Source: Asterias rubens | Lineage: Eukaryota | Direction: 5' to 3' | DNA: 64,000 nt | NCBI RefSeq assembly: GCF_902459465.1 | Contig: NW_022985694.1 | Coordinates: forward strand, 62,001-126,000 | Part shown: piece after piece, positions 13,230-25,263 of the stretch | How the letters are laid out: every line of letters starts with the position of its first letter | How positions within the stretch are numbered: position 1 is the first letter of the stretch | Notes under the pieces: model-generated | Seen by the model: only the letters and a program-made list of their open reading frames with translations | Databases searched by the model: none | What the model was told of the DNA's origin: nothing | Made by a program: the position numbers and the translations under genes

Positions 13230-13640
13230 ATACAGAAATGTGAAATTTCAAGAAGGTTGTCCATCCAGAAAAAAACTCAAACCGATAATATTCAGAGAGT
13301 TCAAAAAATAAAACGGCAGCCATTTTAATTATGCAAATTATGACAAATTTTCAAACAGTTTCGGCATCTTGTGAACCATGGATTCGTTATCTATCCTGAA
13401 ATATGCATATTAGTTATTTTAGTTTGGAAATACGTTACCTCAAACAAGAGTTACATTCAAATCAATGAAAAACTTGCTGAAATGGCGGCCATTTTGATTT
13501 ATGCAAATTAAGCATATTTCCACTAATTGGATTTTTGCGGATTTTTAGTATGTCATTAAACAGACCTCAATAAAATGCAATGTGGTAAAAAAAAAACTGT
13601 TGCAATTTGTTTGAGGTCAAACTGTAATTTTCCTGGACTA
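13230..13640 (+). mobile_element. Probable right end of the Academ element
   Basis: Ends ...TTTCCTGGACTA (a CTA terminus, as expected for Academ). Two subterminal GGC(A/G)GCCATTTT..TTATGCAAATT repeats. Confidence 0.5.
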
Positions 13641-13815
13641 ATAATCAGCTTTTACTTTTGTAAATTAACTTGTATTTTCATGGATGTTCACTGCTATCAG
13701 TATGTACAAATCAAACTGATGGTTCCACACAAGCAAGTGAATAATCAAAGTTGACAAACTTACTCTTTATTTTGACAATTCATGCTGGGTCTTTTAAAGG
13801 AGTATGTTCTCTTAA

Positions 13816-14189
13816 AGGAACAAGTTGCCTTTGATCGGACGAGTTTGTCTATAAGAAGGGTTTGTAACCGTTGTTTATAAAATGCATATGGTTGGAAAGA
13901 TATTTAAAAAGTAGAATGCAATGATCCAAACATAATTTGCCTCTGAAGTGCGTGGTTTTCCTTTTAATGTAAAAAATTAACACGGTCGGCCATTTATAGG
14001 AGTCAAAAATTTGACTCACATAAATGGCCGACCGTGTTAGTCGACAATGTAAAAGGAAAACCGTGCAATTTTAAAGGCATGTTAGTGTGGATCATTGTAT
14101 TCTACTTTTCTACCCAGATGAATTTTATAACAAACGGTTACAAATGCTTTTCAAAGACCAACTCGACCGATCCAAGGCAGCGTGTTCCT
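13816..14189. mobile_element. Kolobok-type MITE
   Basis: TTAA|AGGAACA.GTTGCCTT.GATCGG ... CCGATCCAAGGCAGCGTGTTCCT|TTAA, with long internal inverted segments. Confidence 0.85.
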
Positions 14190-15515
14190 TTAATAATGAG
14201 GTGACAAACAGTATATTTTGGGAAGGAGGGACACACATTATATTCTGAAATAAGTAGTTTGATAAGTCAAACTTCCTTTTTTGTTATGTATTTTTATTAA
14301 TAATAAGCATATTGAACAAACAAGCTCTTTGGCAGCATTATGTCTTGTGTTGAGAACTGCACCATACAAATTGAGTTTTCTTGATAATTGGTGTTGACCT
14401 CAAATAAACAAAGCTCAGTTGAATCAGTGGCTAAAAAGCCAAAAAATGACAGACCCTTTGAAAGTTTATGTTATAGTAAATTATTCACCTTTTTTATATG
14501 TAAGCGGTCCTCCAAGATTAAAAAAAAAAATCTACCATACATTAATGGTATTTAACGAAATGTAGTGTATTCTTTTTTATTTGAAAATGGTGACACTATT
14601 CGTTGTTTTTCGTTTCCAATAATCACAGAACCATTATTTGGATGCCCCCCAAGCCATTAAGTAAAATTACTCAAAAATATTTTATTGTATTGCCCCAACC
14701 AGAATGAGTTTTCCAACATTCTACTTGGGTTTTATAGATGCTCCTATTTCATAATTGGAAGTAGTTGCAGTGTTGTAGTCAAGACCAGACAGTTCGAGAC
14801 CAAGACCAACAGTCAAAGACAAATGACCTTAAATGTGGCTTGTAAAACAATAACAAAATATACCATGGCTGTAGTGTGAGACTTTGTTTTCAACAAAATT
14901 GAAGTAAAACCAGAACACATTTCTAGAATACAAATATACCAAAATCTTTGTTATTTAAGTTTCAGGATTTTGTGACCAAAGGCTGCGGCCGTCGTGCGTA
15001 AAGAGCGCAACAGTATGGTTGCTGATTAACAGGCATGTCAGAGACCACGAGACCAAGACGTCTTATCTTTACAATCAATTTTATTGAACATAAATGATGT
15101 GTGTTGAGTAGTGCACCATAGACTTAACAATGGAATTTGTCTGGTGTTGTTGGTGTTTACCTCAAAAAAATTAAGTGGGCAAACATGCAACAGGTCCTAC
15201 TAAAACACTGGGGTAGTTAGCGTGGTTAGCTGATAGCCAAAACTCAGAATATTAGGCACAAACTTACCCGATCAATATCTATATAACTACCATTCATTCA
15301 AATAAAATGATCAATTTGTTTAAGTTGAACACTCTCTGCAGGTTCTTCTTGACAGGTATCTAAGAGATATCTCTCTACCACAAGTGCCAGAATCGGTAAG
15401 AATACATCAGATTGTTACCTAAACTGTAAATCTTTCTAAAAACCTAAACACACCTAAAAAAAAACCTCGAAAACATTTGTAAAATTGTTTGAAATTACGC
15501 TTAAAAAAATACCTC

Positions 15516-15850
15516 AAGGCATTGGACATTATTGGTAAATACTAAAAGTTATTAGCAAAAACTTACTTGGTAACGAGTATATGGAGAGCTTTTGGTAGTA
15601 AAAGACATTGTGATAAACAGCTCCCTCTGAAGTAGCGTAGTTTTCGAAAAAAAGAAGTAAGTTTTCACAAATTAGATTTTTTAGGTCCCGAAATCAAGCA
15701 TCTGAAAGCACACGACTTTGTGTGACAGGGTGTTTATCTTTTATTATTGTCTCCTTTTCAGCCCAAACTTTCACAGGTTGGCTATTTTGTGCATTAGTTG
15801 AGATACACCAAGTAAGCCATTTTGACAATCTATACATCATACTAAAGGGC
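15516..15850. mobile_element. Degenerate AGGCACTGGAC-type (Kolobok-like) MITE
   Basis: Shares CTTGGTAACGAG, CTCCCTCTGAAGTA.CGTAG and AGCCCAAA.TTTCACAGG blocks, in opposite orientation, with 54499-54780. Confidence 0.55.
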
Positions 15851-16805
15851 TTTACATACTTTACAAAAATGGATACATGAACGTTGGCGACCTTTTCTTT
15901 TGACCTGTCTAAACTGGAAGTACATGTAAAATACTTTGAAAAGGCGTGATCTAATGGCTATTATTAGGTTGACAATTTTGCGATTTTGATTATTTATAAA
16001 AAATCTTGAGAACAAAGCAAGGTGCAATATTTGTTTTTTACACTAGGCTTTTGTACTCCCGGAAACCCCCAAAAATATCTACATTTCTAGCTAATATTGT
16101 TATTAATATTGTTGTTATCATTCTGTTTAAGCAGGATATCCCAGGATCTAGCAATTCTCAAGAAGACATAACTGTGAGTAAACACATTCATCACTAAAAT
16201 CGTCTGCACTAAATAAACTTTATCAATCTTCTAGGGGAATGTGTGTAATACATTGTGTAATTTCTGGGAAGTGTTAATATGTAATATAAGAAATATTAAT
16301 GACTTGTCATTATGGTTCATTAGGAAGCGGCAGCATTAACCAGCTTTCTGGGAAATACAACATTCTGTGGACTAAGGAAAGTAAGTAGGCCCTATAACCA
16401 TAATCCACATTTAGATTTGTTTATTTTACCATACATCACCACGTCTACCACATTTGACTAGCTTAAAGTATTGAGACTTTTAAAACATGGGTTTAGTTTT
16501 CAGACAACAATTAAGTGTAGATAGTGTTATTGGTTTAACTCTACATTATTTTATATGCTGGTGTGCTAAAACTATGGTAAAACATGAGGGGGGCTACTAA
16601 AATTTGTAGTTTTTTGTTTGCAAGAATGATCTACATTATTCTATTGGCCACCTTAATTGTACAACTTTGTTTCTAGCTCTCTTCTCCCTTAGATTTCTAT
16701 TCCAAACATTTACTTGTATGAAAAGTGTTGACTCAACCTACATAAATAGTTTGCATTTATTCACTGACACTCGTGCCTTGAACACAAAATCATGAATATA
16801 ACTTT

Positions 16806-17060
16806 TTGTTTATATTCCCTTTCTTCCTGGTACTTCACAAGCTCATTGAGGGAGCGCGTACATTCCCCATATCAAAGTGGTGCACCTCAGTGGCCCAGAT
16901 CAGTGGGACGTCAAGACTTGGTTGGCCCCTCACATCAAAGCCATTGGGAACCACTCGAAGCCCCATCATTTCCTATTTCAGAAGGTTGACCGTAAAACAG
17001 TAATGTTTTACCGTATGTGGGCCAGTGACCCATGGTGCCCAAATGAAACAGAGGGTCCCG
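16806..17060 (+). pseudogene. C-terminal fragment of a DDE transposase (Sola/DUF7869-like)
   Basis: WDVKTWLAPHIKAIGNHSKPHHFLFQK...MFYRMW motif; frameshifted. Confidence 0.4.
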
Positions 17061-17569
17061 ACTCTGACCTTGAAATACCAGCGGCCGAACAATTGCATGG
17101 TGGACTTAATGTTCAAATTAAACATTTTGTCATTTTAAGTTTGGGGCTCACATAATGTCAACGTTAAGGATAAGGTAATGACTCTGACTGTGGTGGTCCC
17201 AATTCTTTGGGCAACTGGACAAATACTCAAAGTTAAAACAGTATGTGTCATGACATGTGTTTACTATAAATCCGTATTTCTCGTTGTCGAGAATTAATAA
17301 TTGTTACACTGTTTTCTCAAAAAGTAAAGCATTTCATGAAATAATATATTTCATGAGATTTTGTTTACAGGTACCTTCTGTACACCCTGTAAGTTATTTG
17401 TAAATTTGTGTATAATGGCTTTAAAGCTTGCTACTACTGATTCTCGTTTAACTGGTTTTCTAAATACTTTTTGCCGCCAAATCAACTGGTATTAAGGAAC
17501 AAGGCGCTATATAAGTGTTTGTTATATTATTTTAAAAAGATTTAACAAATATGGGCTTGAAATCAAAAC

Positions 17570-17900
17570 AAAAAAGGAATTGATGCAACCACTTTTTTAA
17601 ATTTTGCCCAACTATCCAATATCCATTGGTAAAGGGCTTACGGTGACACTGATCTGCACTCATCGTAATTATGGGCCAACAACCCGAATAAACTTGCTTT
17701 TTAAACAATAACATGAAGCCACTTAATTCTCCATCCTTTTCAAACACGTTGTCGGAAATGATGTCGAACAAATCAAAGGCAAGAAAAGGAAAGCTGGAAA
17801 AGATTTCTACCTTGACAAGTGACAGGGATACGACAAGGTAACCTGGGAGCCTGCGAGAAACATCCCTCCTGAAATGCGAGCCACATACCAAAAGCAGTAG
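17570..17900 (+). pseudogene. Decayed ORF ending in a chromodomain
   Basis: 17763-17900 reads VEQIKGKKRKAGKDFYLDK*QGYDKVTWEPARNIPPEM, with TGA where the chromodomain Trp is expected. The upstream frame has two further stops. Confidence 0.6.
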
Positions 17901-18567
17901 GGCTTAGTTTCTAAGTGTTCCAGCTTCATTCTCGAAATTCAAATTCACTAAAAGACAGTGGACACACGAAGATGTGTGCTTTTCAGATGCTTGTTTAGGA
18001 GACCTCAAAATCTTTCTCGAAGAAAACGATACTGCGGGGGAGCCATTTCTCACAATGTTTTTTTTTTTATCATTAGGTATACATGTCTGTGCAGGGATAT
18101 GACACACGACACATTTCGATTTACGAAAATAGGCCCTTGATGTTTGAATATATTTGAATTCCTAGTTAAAAAATTCCACTAAAAACAGGTGAATGTTGAA
18201 GTTTATAATCTAAGGAACCAAAATGTACCTAACAATGAAGCATTTGTGTGAGGTTTTTTTTTTTTTTACGAAATTAAGGCGGAAATTTAAAGGAACCTAA
18301 ACGTACCTAACAATGAAGCATTTGTGTGAGTTTTTATTTTTTACAAAATTAGGCAGGAAATTAACAGGCCCCGGAAACAGAATTGTCGTGTTACATCCGC
18401 GACAATGATTTTTTTAAGCTGGTATTCAACAATGGCCTTTATATTTTCGTACATAACTCTTCGTGTCCATCGAAGTTGAGTCGTTCTTTGATCAAAACAA
18501 ACACACGCTGCAATAAGCCACACAGTTTTACGGTGGCTGATCTCCGCCAACGACTAAACACTTTTTC

Positions 18568-18832
18568 AGTATGGCGTTACAACGCTCTAGATGGCGTTAA
18601 TACGCCCTAAATTTTAGGCGTAGTAACGCCCTAATTTATGGCGTTATAACGCTCTAATTGAGTTAACGGGCGTTATAACGCTCAATGCCCTATAAGGCGG
18701 TAAAAACACCCTATACGGCGTTATACTGCCATAATTTACCGTGTTATAACGCCCTAATTGAGTAAAAGGGAGTTAACGCCCTAAATTTAGGGTGTTATAA
18801 CGCTATATTAGGGCGTAATAACGCCCTATACA
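18568..18832. repeat. Array of GCGTTATAACGC-type palindromic motifs (transposon subterminal-like)
   Basis: About nine TAACGC(C/T)-like motifs, several as perfect 12-bp palindromes. Confidence 0.75.
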
Positions 18833-19334
18833 AATAAATAAAAAGAAGCTAGCCTCAGTTGATGAAATGATTTTTTTTCAAAAAATTTTGTTTTTTGAAT
18901 AATGTTTATACATTTCCATGATTGTTATCCGCTGCCCCTAATGAGCAAAGAAGTTTTGGATTGGTGCAAACCGTGGCAAAACTTATATCGGTGGGTAGGG
19001 GGAGGGTTGGAGTAGAATCCTGGAGAAAAATACTACAAGTTTCAAAACTCACAGTAAAACGATATCAAATCATAACACAGTGACAATTTGCACCGGAGGT
19101 TAGAGACTTTCATAAGGACTCCATCCATTATTATAAGTGCATCACACACTATTTGCCCTTATTTACAAAGTCATAAAACCCTTTTTACTTGGAAGGTTTA
19201 GACATCTGTCTCACGGTTTTTTATTAAGCTCAAAGTGTTTCCATAATATAAGTGTGCTTATAAGTTACAGCCATTGGACCCTTTCGGTACAGGAATTTTT
19301 TTTACAGGGTTTACAGAGCGGTAATGGTGAAAGA

Positions 19335-19545
19335 CTTCTCTTGAAATATTATTAGTCCATGAAATGCTTTACTTTTTGAGAAAACGGTAAAACAAAATAA
19401 ATTCTCGTAAGCGAGAATTACAGATTTATTTTAAACACACGTCATGACACGGCGAAATGCGCGGAAACAAGAGTGGGTTTTCCCGTTATTTTCTCCCTAC
19501 TCCAGTGACCGATTGAGCCTAAATTTTCACAGGTTTATTATCACC
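19335..19545. mobile_element. Fragment of a dispersed non-autonomous element (inverted relative at about 17218-17360)
   Basis: CATGAAATGCTTTACTTTTTGAGAAAAC..TAA vs TGTTTTCTCAAAAAGTAAAGCATTTCATG. Confidence 0.55.
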
Positions 19546-19936
19546 CTTCATGATTGATGAGGATTAGAACATTTATTGTCACCTTGGACCTTGCTTTTAG
19601 CTGAAGATTTTAACATTAACCGATAGGCGTCGTTTCTCTGGAAACTATTAAATAAACATAATTTGTATGCTATCCCGATTGGCTGTTTCTCTTAATATTT
19701 TGTAATTTAAAATGGATGCTAAATCTAAAAGTTTTCATATTTTTCTGAATGCTTTGGCATAGTAAGAATTACTATTAAAATGACAGATGGGCTGGAAATG
19801 TGTTTAACGCTGCTTATTCTTCAACTTGAATGTATCTCCCTATGGAAAAAAACTTGTGGAAGATTAGGATAATAACACGCTTTGGCCATTAACTTATGAA
19901 GAAAACATCAACAAACTTTCCAAACCTAAACATGAG

Positions 19937-22637
19937 TATAATAATAATAATAATAATGAGAACTTATAAAGCGCACAAATCCATCAAAGTGCTCATGGCG
20001 CTAAATACAAAGAATAATATTTACATGTACAATAACCAAAATTGAAACGTAAGCCTAAGCTAAGAAGAAATCCAGAACATGTTGAAGAGAAATACAGTAC
20101 AAATGCAATATCAAAGAAAACATCGAAGGGTAGAAATCAAACCATTTTCTCAAATACTTGGTTGAAAAGATGTGTCTTAAGGTTTTTCTTAAATTGTGTT
20201 AAAGAAACAGATGATTTTACTAGTGCTGGCAATTTGTTCCAAAGGCGTGGGGCAGCATGTGAGAAAGATCGGTCTCCCCATGAATGATTGGATATGGGCT
20301 CAATAAGGAGACTAGAATTGTAAGACCGGAGTTTGCGAGGAGGATTGTATGGTTTGAGTAGATCATCAATATATGCAGGGGCATTGTTGGTGAGTGATTT
20401 ATACACAAAAAGCAGAAGTTTATACTTAACTCTACTGCTTACGGGTAACCAGTGTAATTCTTTCAAAATCGGAGTTATATGACAGGACTTTTTATTTAAG
20501 GTGATAACACGAGCAGCATAGTTCTGAATACGCTGAAGTCGTTCAATTTGAGTATTAGGAAGACCATATAGAAGTGAGTTACACATGTCAAGTCTGGAAA
20601 CGACGACGGAGTGGACTATTTGCTCAGTTGCTTTTTGTGTTAAATATTTCCTCACTTTGCCTATATTACGAATGTGAAATGTTGTAGAACGTGCAATACT
20701 AGAAATATGTGAATTAAGTGTCATGGAAGAGTCGAAGATCACACCAAGATTACGAGCTTTGGTAACAGCGGTAACTTCGGAGTCACCTATATTAATATGG
20801 GGAATAATAACTTTAGAGAGTTGTTGGCGTGAACCAAGTATCATAAATTCAGTCTTGTTATCATTAAGTTTAAGGAAATTGTCTTGCATCCAAACACGAA
20901 TTTCATTAACACACGTTTCAATACGACTGATGCTCTCATCAGCAAAATGTTTGGATGGTTTAAAAGAGAAATACAACTGGGTGTCATCAGCATATACATG
21001 ATAGTTCAGTTTGTGTTTCAGGATGATGCTATGAACTGGGTAGGTGTACACCGTGAACCACAGCGGTCCAAGAACCGACCCCTGAGGGACTGAAAAATCA
21101 TGAACAACTGGGTCCGATGTGGAATTGCCAATGCGTACATGTTGTGGTCTGTTTTGCAAATAGGATTGGCACCATTTAAGGGCATTGCCCTGTAAACCAA
21201 TAATATCACGTAGTCTCTTGAGCAAAATAGTGTGATCCACGGTGTCAAAAGCCGCACTTAAATCAAGCAGAATCAGGGCAGTCACATGGCCTTCATCCAT
21301 AGCACATAAAATGTCATTTTGCACCCGCAATAGTGCCGATTCAGTGCTATGCTTGGACCTGTATGCTGATTGAAATTTATCAGCAAGGCCAGAGTCAGAG
21401 ATAACAGTATTCAATCTGGAGGCGACTATGCGCTCAATGGTCTTGCCAACAAACTTCAAATTAGCCACCGGTCTGTAGTTAGAAAAAGTCTCAATATCTA
21501 AACCTGGCTTCTTGATTAGGGGACGAATGTAAGCAGTCTTAAGACTGTCTGGAAAATTACCTTGCTCAAAGGACTTGTTCACAATAGTAGTAATAAGAGG
21601 TGCTAGAACATTAATACACCTTTTAAGAAGATGTGTAGGTATGGGGTCCAGTTCACATGATTTAGAAGGAGAACTGCTTATTAATTTTATAATCTCAGAC
21701 ACAGTAGCAGATTCAAACTGGGAAATTTTTGTTACATGAGCACACACAGGTAAATGGTTAGTCTGCGATATAGTAGAACTAGTTGCTACAGGAAAAATAC
21801 TACGAATATTAACAATTTTGTTGCTGAAATAGTTAGAAAAACTATCTGCCAGAACCGCATCTGATACACTACTGGGTAATACAGGCTTTTCCTTTGTTTG
21901 ATTTAGTAACCCATCAACAACTTTAAATAGTTTCTTCTGATCTCCTGAACAATCTGTAATTTGAGAGGAGTAATATTCAATCTTAGCTACATTAATTAAT
22001 TCATTAACCCTTTGCCTTTGATTACAATACAACTGTCTATCAATCTCAAGTCTTGAGTGCCTCCATTTTCTCTCATGAACTCTGCGCAGCTTTCTAGCAG
22101 TCTGTATAGCATCATTAAACCAAGGACTATGAGGTCTCAAACGAACAGATCTAGTGCGAGCTGGTGCATGCTTGTTCAAAAGACTACTAAGGATAACCTC
22201 ATAATTTTGCACACAAGAGTCGAGATCGGTAGAAGTCATATCAAAGTCGGAGAGTAACACAACCAGATCATTGCGGAAAACATCAACATCAATAGACTTA
22301 ATGTTACGTGTTGTAATAATAACTTTAGGGGGTTGTGGTTTCTGAAGTGATAATTGAGACATAACAGCAAAGTGATCAGATAACCCAGGATGAAGATAAA
22401 TACCAGAAACAAGTGTAGCATTTTCACGAGTTATGAGTAGGTCAAGCAAATGCCCATGTATGTGCGTTGACCCTGATACATGCTGATGAAGACCATAGGA
22501 TTGTAATATGGTCTTAAACCGCAAGGCGTTGGTATCATTCAAATTATCCATATGAATATTAAAATCACCAACAAAAACAATATCAGATGGAAGAAATAGA
22601 TAATCATTAATCATGCCCTCAAAATCTTGAAGAAAAA
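19937..22637 (-). mobile_element. 5'-truncated L2/CR1-group LINE
   Basis: (ATT)n 3' tail at 19937-19957, L2-like 3' UTR, truncation inside the endonuclease. No clear TSD. Confidence 0.9.
20137..22614 (-). CDS. LINE ORF2 (C-terminal APE endonuclease part plus reverse transcriptase), 825 aa uninterrupted
   Basis: VGDFNIH, HLLDL, SDH (APE); LLDLSAAFDTVDH, VPQGSVLGP, YADD (RT). Confidence 0.93.
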   Translation of the reverse strand: MINDYLFLPSDIVFVGDFNIHMDNLNDTNALRFKTILQSYGLHQHVSGSTHIHGHLLDLLITRENATLVSGIYLHPGLSDHFAVMSQLSLQKPQPPKVIITTRNIKSIDVDVFRNDLVVLLSDFDMTSTDLDSCVQNYEVILSSLLNKHAPARTRSVRLRPHSPWFNDAIQTARKLRRVHERKWRHSRLEIDRQLYCNQRQRVNELINVAKIEYYSSQITDCSGDQKKLFKVVDGLLNQTKEKPVLPSSVSDAVLADSFSNYFSNKIVNIRSIFPVATSSTISQTNHLPVCAHVTKISQFESATVSEIIKLISSSPSKSCELDPIPTHLLKRCINVLAPLITTIVNKSFEQGNFPDSLKTAYIRPLIKKPGLDIETFSNYRPVANLKFVGKTIERIVASRLNTVISDSGLADKFQSAYRSKHSTESALLRVQNDILCAMDEGHVTALILLDLSAAFDTVDHTILLKRLRDIIGLQGNALKWCQSYLQNRPQHVRIGNSTSDPVVHDFSVPQGSVLGPLWFTVYTYPVHSIILKHKLNYHVYADDTQLYFSFKPSKHFADESISRIETCVNEIRVWMQDNFLKLNDNKTEFMILGSRQQLSKVIIPHINIGDSEVTAVTKARNLGVIFDSSMTLNSHISSIARSTTFHIRNIGKVRKYLTQKATEQIVHSVVVSRLDMCNSLLYGLPNTQIERLQRIQNYAARVITLNKKSCHITPILKELHWLPVSSRVKYKLLLFVYKSLTNNAPAYIDDLLKPYNPPRKLRSYNSSLLIEPISNHSWGDRSFSHAAPRLWNKLPALVKSSVSLTQFKKNLKTHLFNQVFEKMV

Positions 22638-22756
22638 AACAATGTGCTTTAACAATGTGCTTTAATGAACACTCTGACTTGGGAGCTTGATGTCATAAGT
22701 TTTTTATTTTTAGGTTAATTACTATTATATCACATTTGGAAACTCCATATTTATAC

Positions 22757-23753
22757 TTTGGGGATCGGTTTTGGGCATTCCCAATTCAATATATGTTTGA
22801 AAAGTTCAATAAACTCACCACAATACGACAATATGGCGTGTCAAACGTTTCACCACTCGACAATGCACAACACATGTGCGACGTTCCCCACACACATGCG
22901 ACAAGTGAAAGAAGTGAACTGGAACTCCGAAAGACAATTCTTGGTCGGCTTAGCGAAGTTATATAGTTGATGCGATAGAAATAGTGTTCACCCGGGGACA
23001 GACGACTGACGATGAATAATACTCAAAAAACAGTTAACAAATAAAACTCCAACGGCTCCTCTGTAAAGTAGAAAACTGGCTGTCAAAACGGCGAGGACAA
23101 AAACCAACGTGTCCGTAAACGGGGCAAACTAACCGAAGGGAGGAATTTTACATGTGCCCAAAAGCAACCAGCGAAATATTAACGTTAAACGATGCACAAG
23201 CCGTGCACCAACAGGAACACAAAACAGGCGTTGATTGGTGGAATGAAAACACGTGATTTCAATATTATTATATACTGTAACGTCGACTCGAGCGGTCTTA
23301 AAGTCTTCGCTGCAGCTAAACCATAATAAAAACTGACACAATAAAGAAAATAACTGGTGTGAAGCAATATGTCTCCGTTACTGATAATGGTTTATTCTGT
23401 TTCCTTATTCTCTCTTGTCGATTAACTTCTTTTAATGATTATCTTTAATTCCTTCTCTTTATTTAACAATAATCAAGCCCTGGGTTCGCAATTACTGACC
23501 TGTTCTCTTAATCTGCCTCCCTTCTCCAAGCCTGCCAAATCACAACTGAAAACGCAGCCTAAAAATACCCACTGCTGCGGCCTGTGGTCAGCACATGTTG
23601 TCCATGTGATCCCCACGCGGGGATCACGCGTCGTGCACACACAGTGTATGTGCCCGGCACCGCGGCGATGGCTCTGGAACTAGGTCAGCAATTGCGCCGC
23701 CATGCGACTGTTTCGCCACAATACATTAAATACAGGTACATGTAGTCACCACA
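22757..23753 (-). repeat. 3' LTR (997 bp)
   Basis: Starts TGTGGTGAC after the PPT (GGAGGGGGCTCA, 23754-23765); both ends are shared with 28409-28958. Confidence 0.9.
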
Positions 23754-23821
23754 TGAGCCCCCTCCAGAGAGCAACTGCAAGGCAGGGAACGATAACAAAT
23801 TGCGAAAGTTGTGAAAATGGT

Positions 23822-25260
23822 TCATCCACAGTCAAACTGAGCGTAGTGAGCAGGCCAGTGTACACGATGGCCAGAACGCGTAGTAGGCGGAGACTGTTGT
23901 GGCGGTGAAGCGGTCGGGTCCGGAGAGACTGGAGGAGAACGGTTTGAGATGGGGCGTGGAGGCGATACTGGAGTTGTTGTCGGTGGTAGAAGTGGCTTTG
24001 ACGGTGGCGATGAATCAATTGAATGTTCCGTGTCGAGATATGCGACCTTCAACCGATCCAAACTGACTGTGTAACTTTTGCCCTCAATGTCTAGTGTGTA
24101 GAATTTGGCTGCTCGCTCTAGTACCCGATAGGGGCCTTTATAGGGCGGCTGGAGTGGTTTCTGTACATGATCACATAGGACAAATACGTGTGTGCAAGAC
24201 GACAAGTCCTTGTGAAGTTGAGCGGTGCGTTCGTGTGGACGCGTCGGAGCTGGAGCAAGCTGACTCATGATGCGTTTGAGCCGATGCACGTAATCTGATG
24301 GGTCTAAACTAGCATCAGTGGCAGGATCCACGAACTGACCAGGCAGGCGTAGAGTGGTTCCATAAACAAGCTCTGCGGTGGAACAACCGATATCGCGTTT
24401 GACGACTGTGCGTATCCCAAGCAGAACGAGGGGAAGTGTCTCAGTCCAGCGATTTGGCTCATCCTGTGCCTTAAGCGACGATTTCAACTGCCTATGAAAA
24501 CGCTCTACAAGGCCGTTGGCAATTGGATGATAAGCAGTTGTGCGAATCCGCTTACTGCCGAGCAATGATGATAAAGCATTGAAGAGCGCTGATTCAAATT
24601 GACGGCCGCGGTCAGTTGTGATTGTAGACGGTGCACCGAACCGAGCCACCCAATGACAAATGAAGGCTCTGGCGACAGTCTCTGCAGTGATGTCTGGGAT
24701 AGGGATGGCTTCAGGCCACCGAGTGAATCGGTCGATGCAAGTGAGTAGGTAGGACTGTCCAGCAGACGATGGAAGTGGGCCTACCAAGTCGATGTGCACG
24801 TGATCAAAACGAGCATCCGGGGCCATGAAAGTTCCAAGGGGGTGATGGTATGGCGGTACACCTTGGATTTCTGACAATGCATGCATGACTTGGCCCATGA
24901 GCGAACATCGCGGTTCATATTAGGCCATACAAAACTTGTTCCCATCAGCTTGAGAGTAGCTCGTATTCCAGGATGCGATAGCGAATGCAAGGAGTCAAAT
25001 GCTGCTCTGCGCATTGTCTTGGGAACGAATGGACGGGGCGTGCCTGTAGACATGTCACATGACAGAGTAGTTTTGCTCCCGATGAGTGGAACGTCCTGCA
25101 ACTGGAGAACCGACTGTTGGTTGTGCTGGCGTAGTTCGTCGTCATTGCGTTGATGCTCTGCCATGACCTGGTAATCCATAGGAGTCAGTGACCTAGGAGT
25201 GAGTGCGTTCAAACTGATGCGGGACAATGCGTCAGCTACTTCGTTTTGCTTACCAGGCAC
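23822..25260 (-). pseudogene. Integrase (HHCC plus DDE core), frameshifted
   Basis: HSLSHPG...CMHC; [24 protein letters not shown]; [11 protein letters not shown]. Confidence 0.92.
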
Positions 25261-25263
25261 GTG

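Noticed and set aside
17950-18060. SAM-domain-like peptide QWTHEDV...FLEEND.AGEPFL
   Set aside because: The match is short and degenerate, with no supporting frame or splice context.
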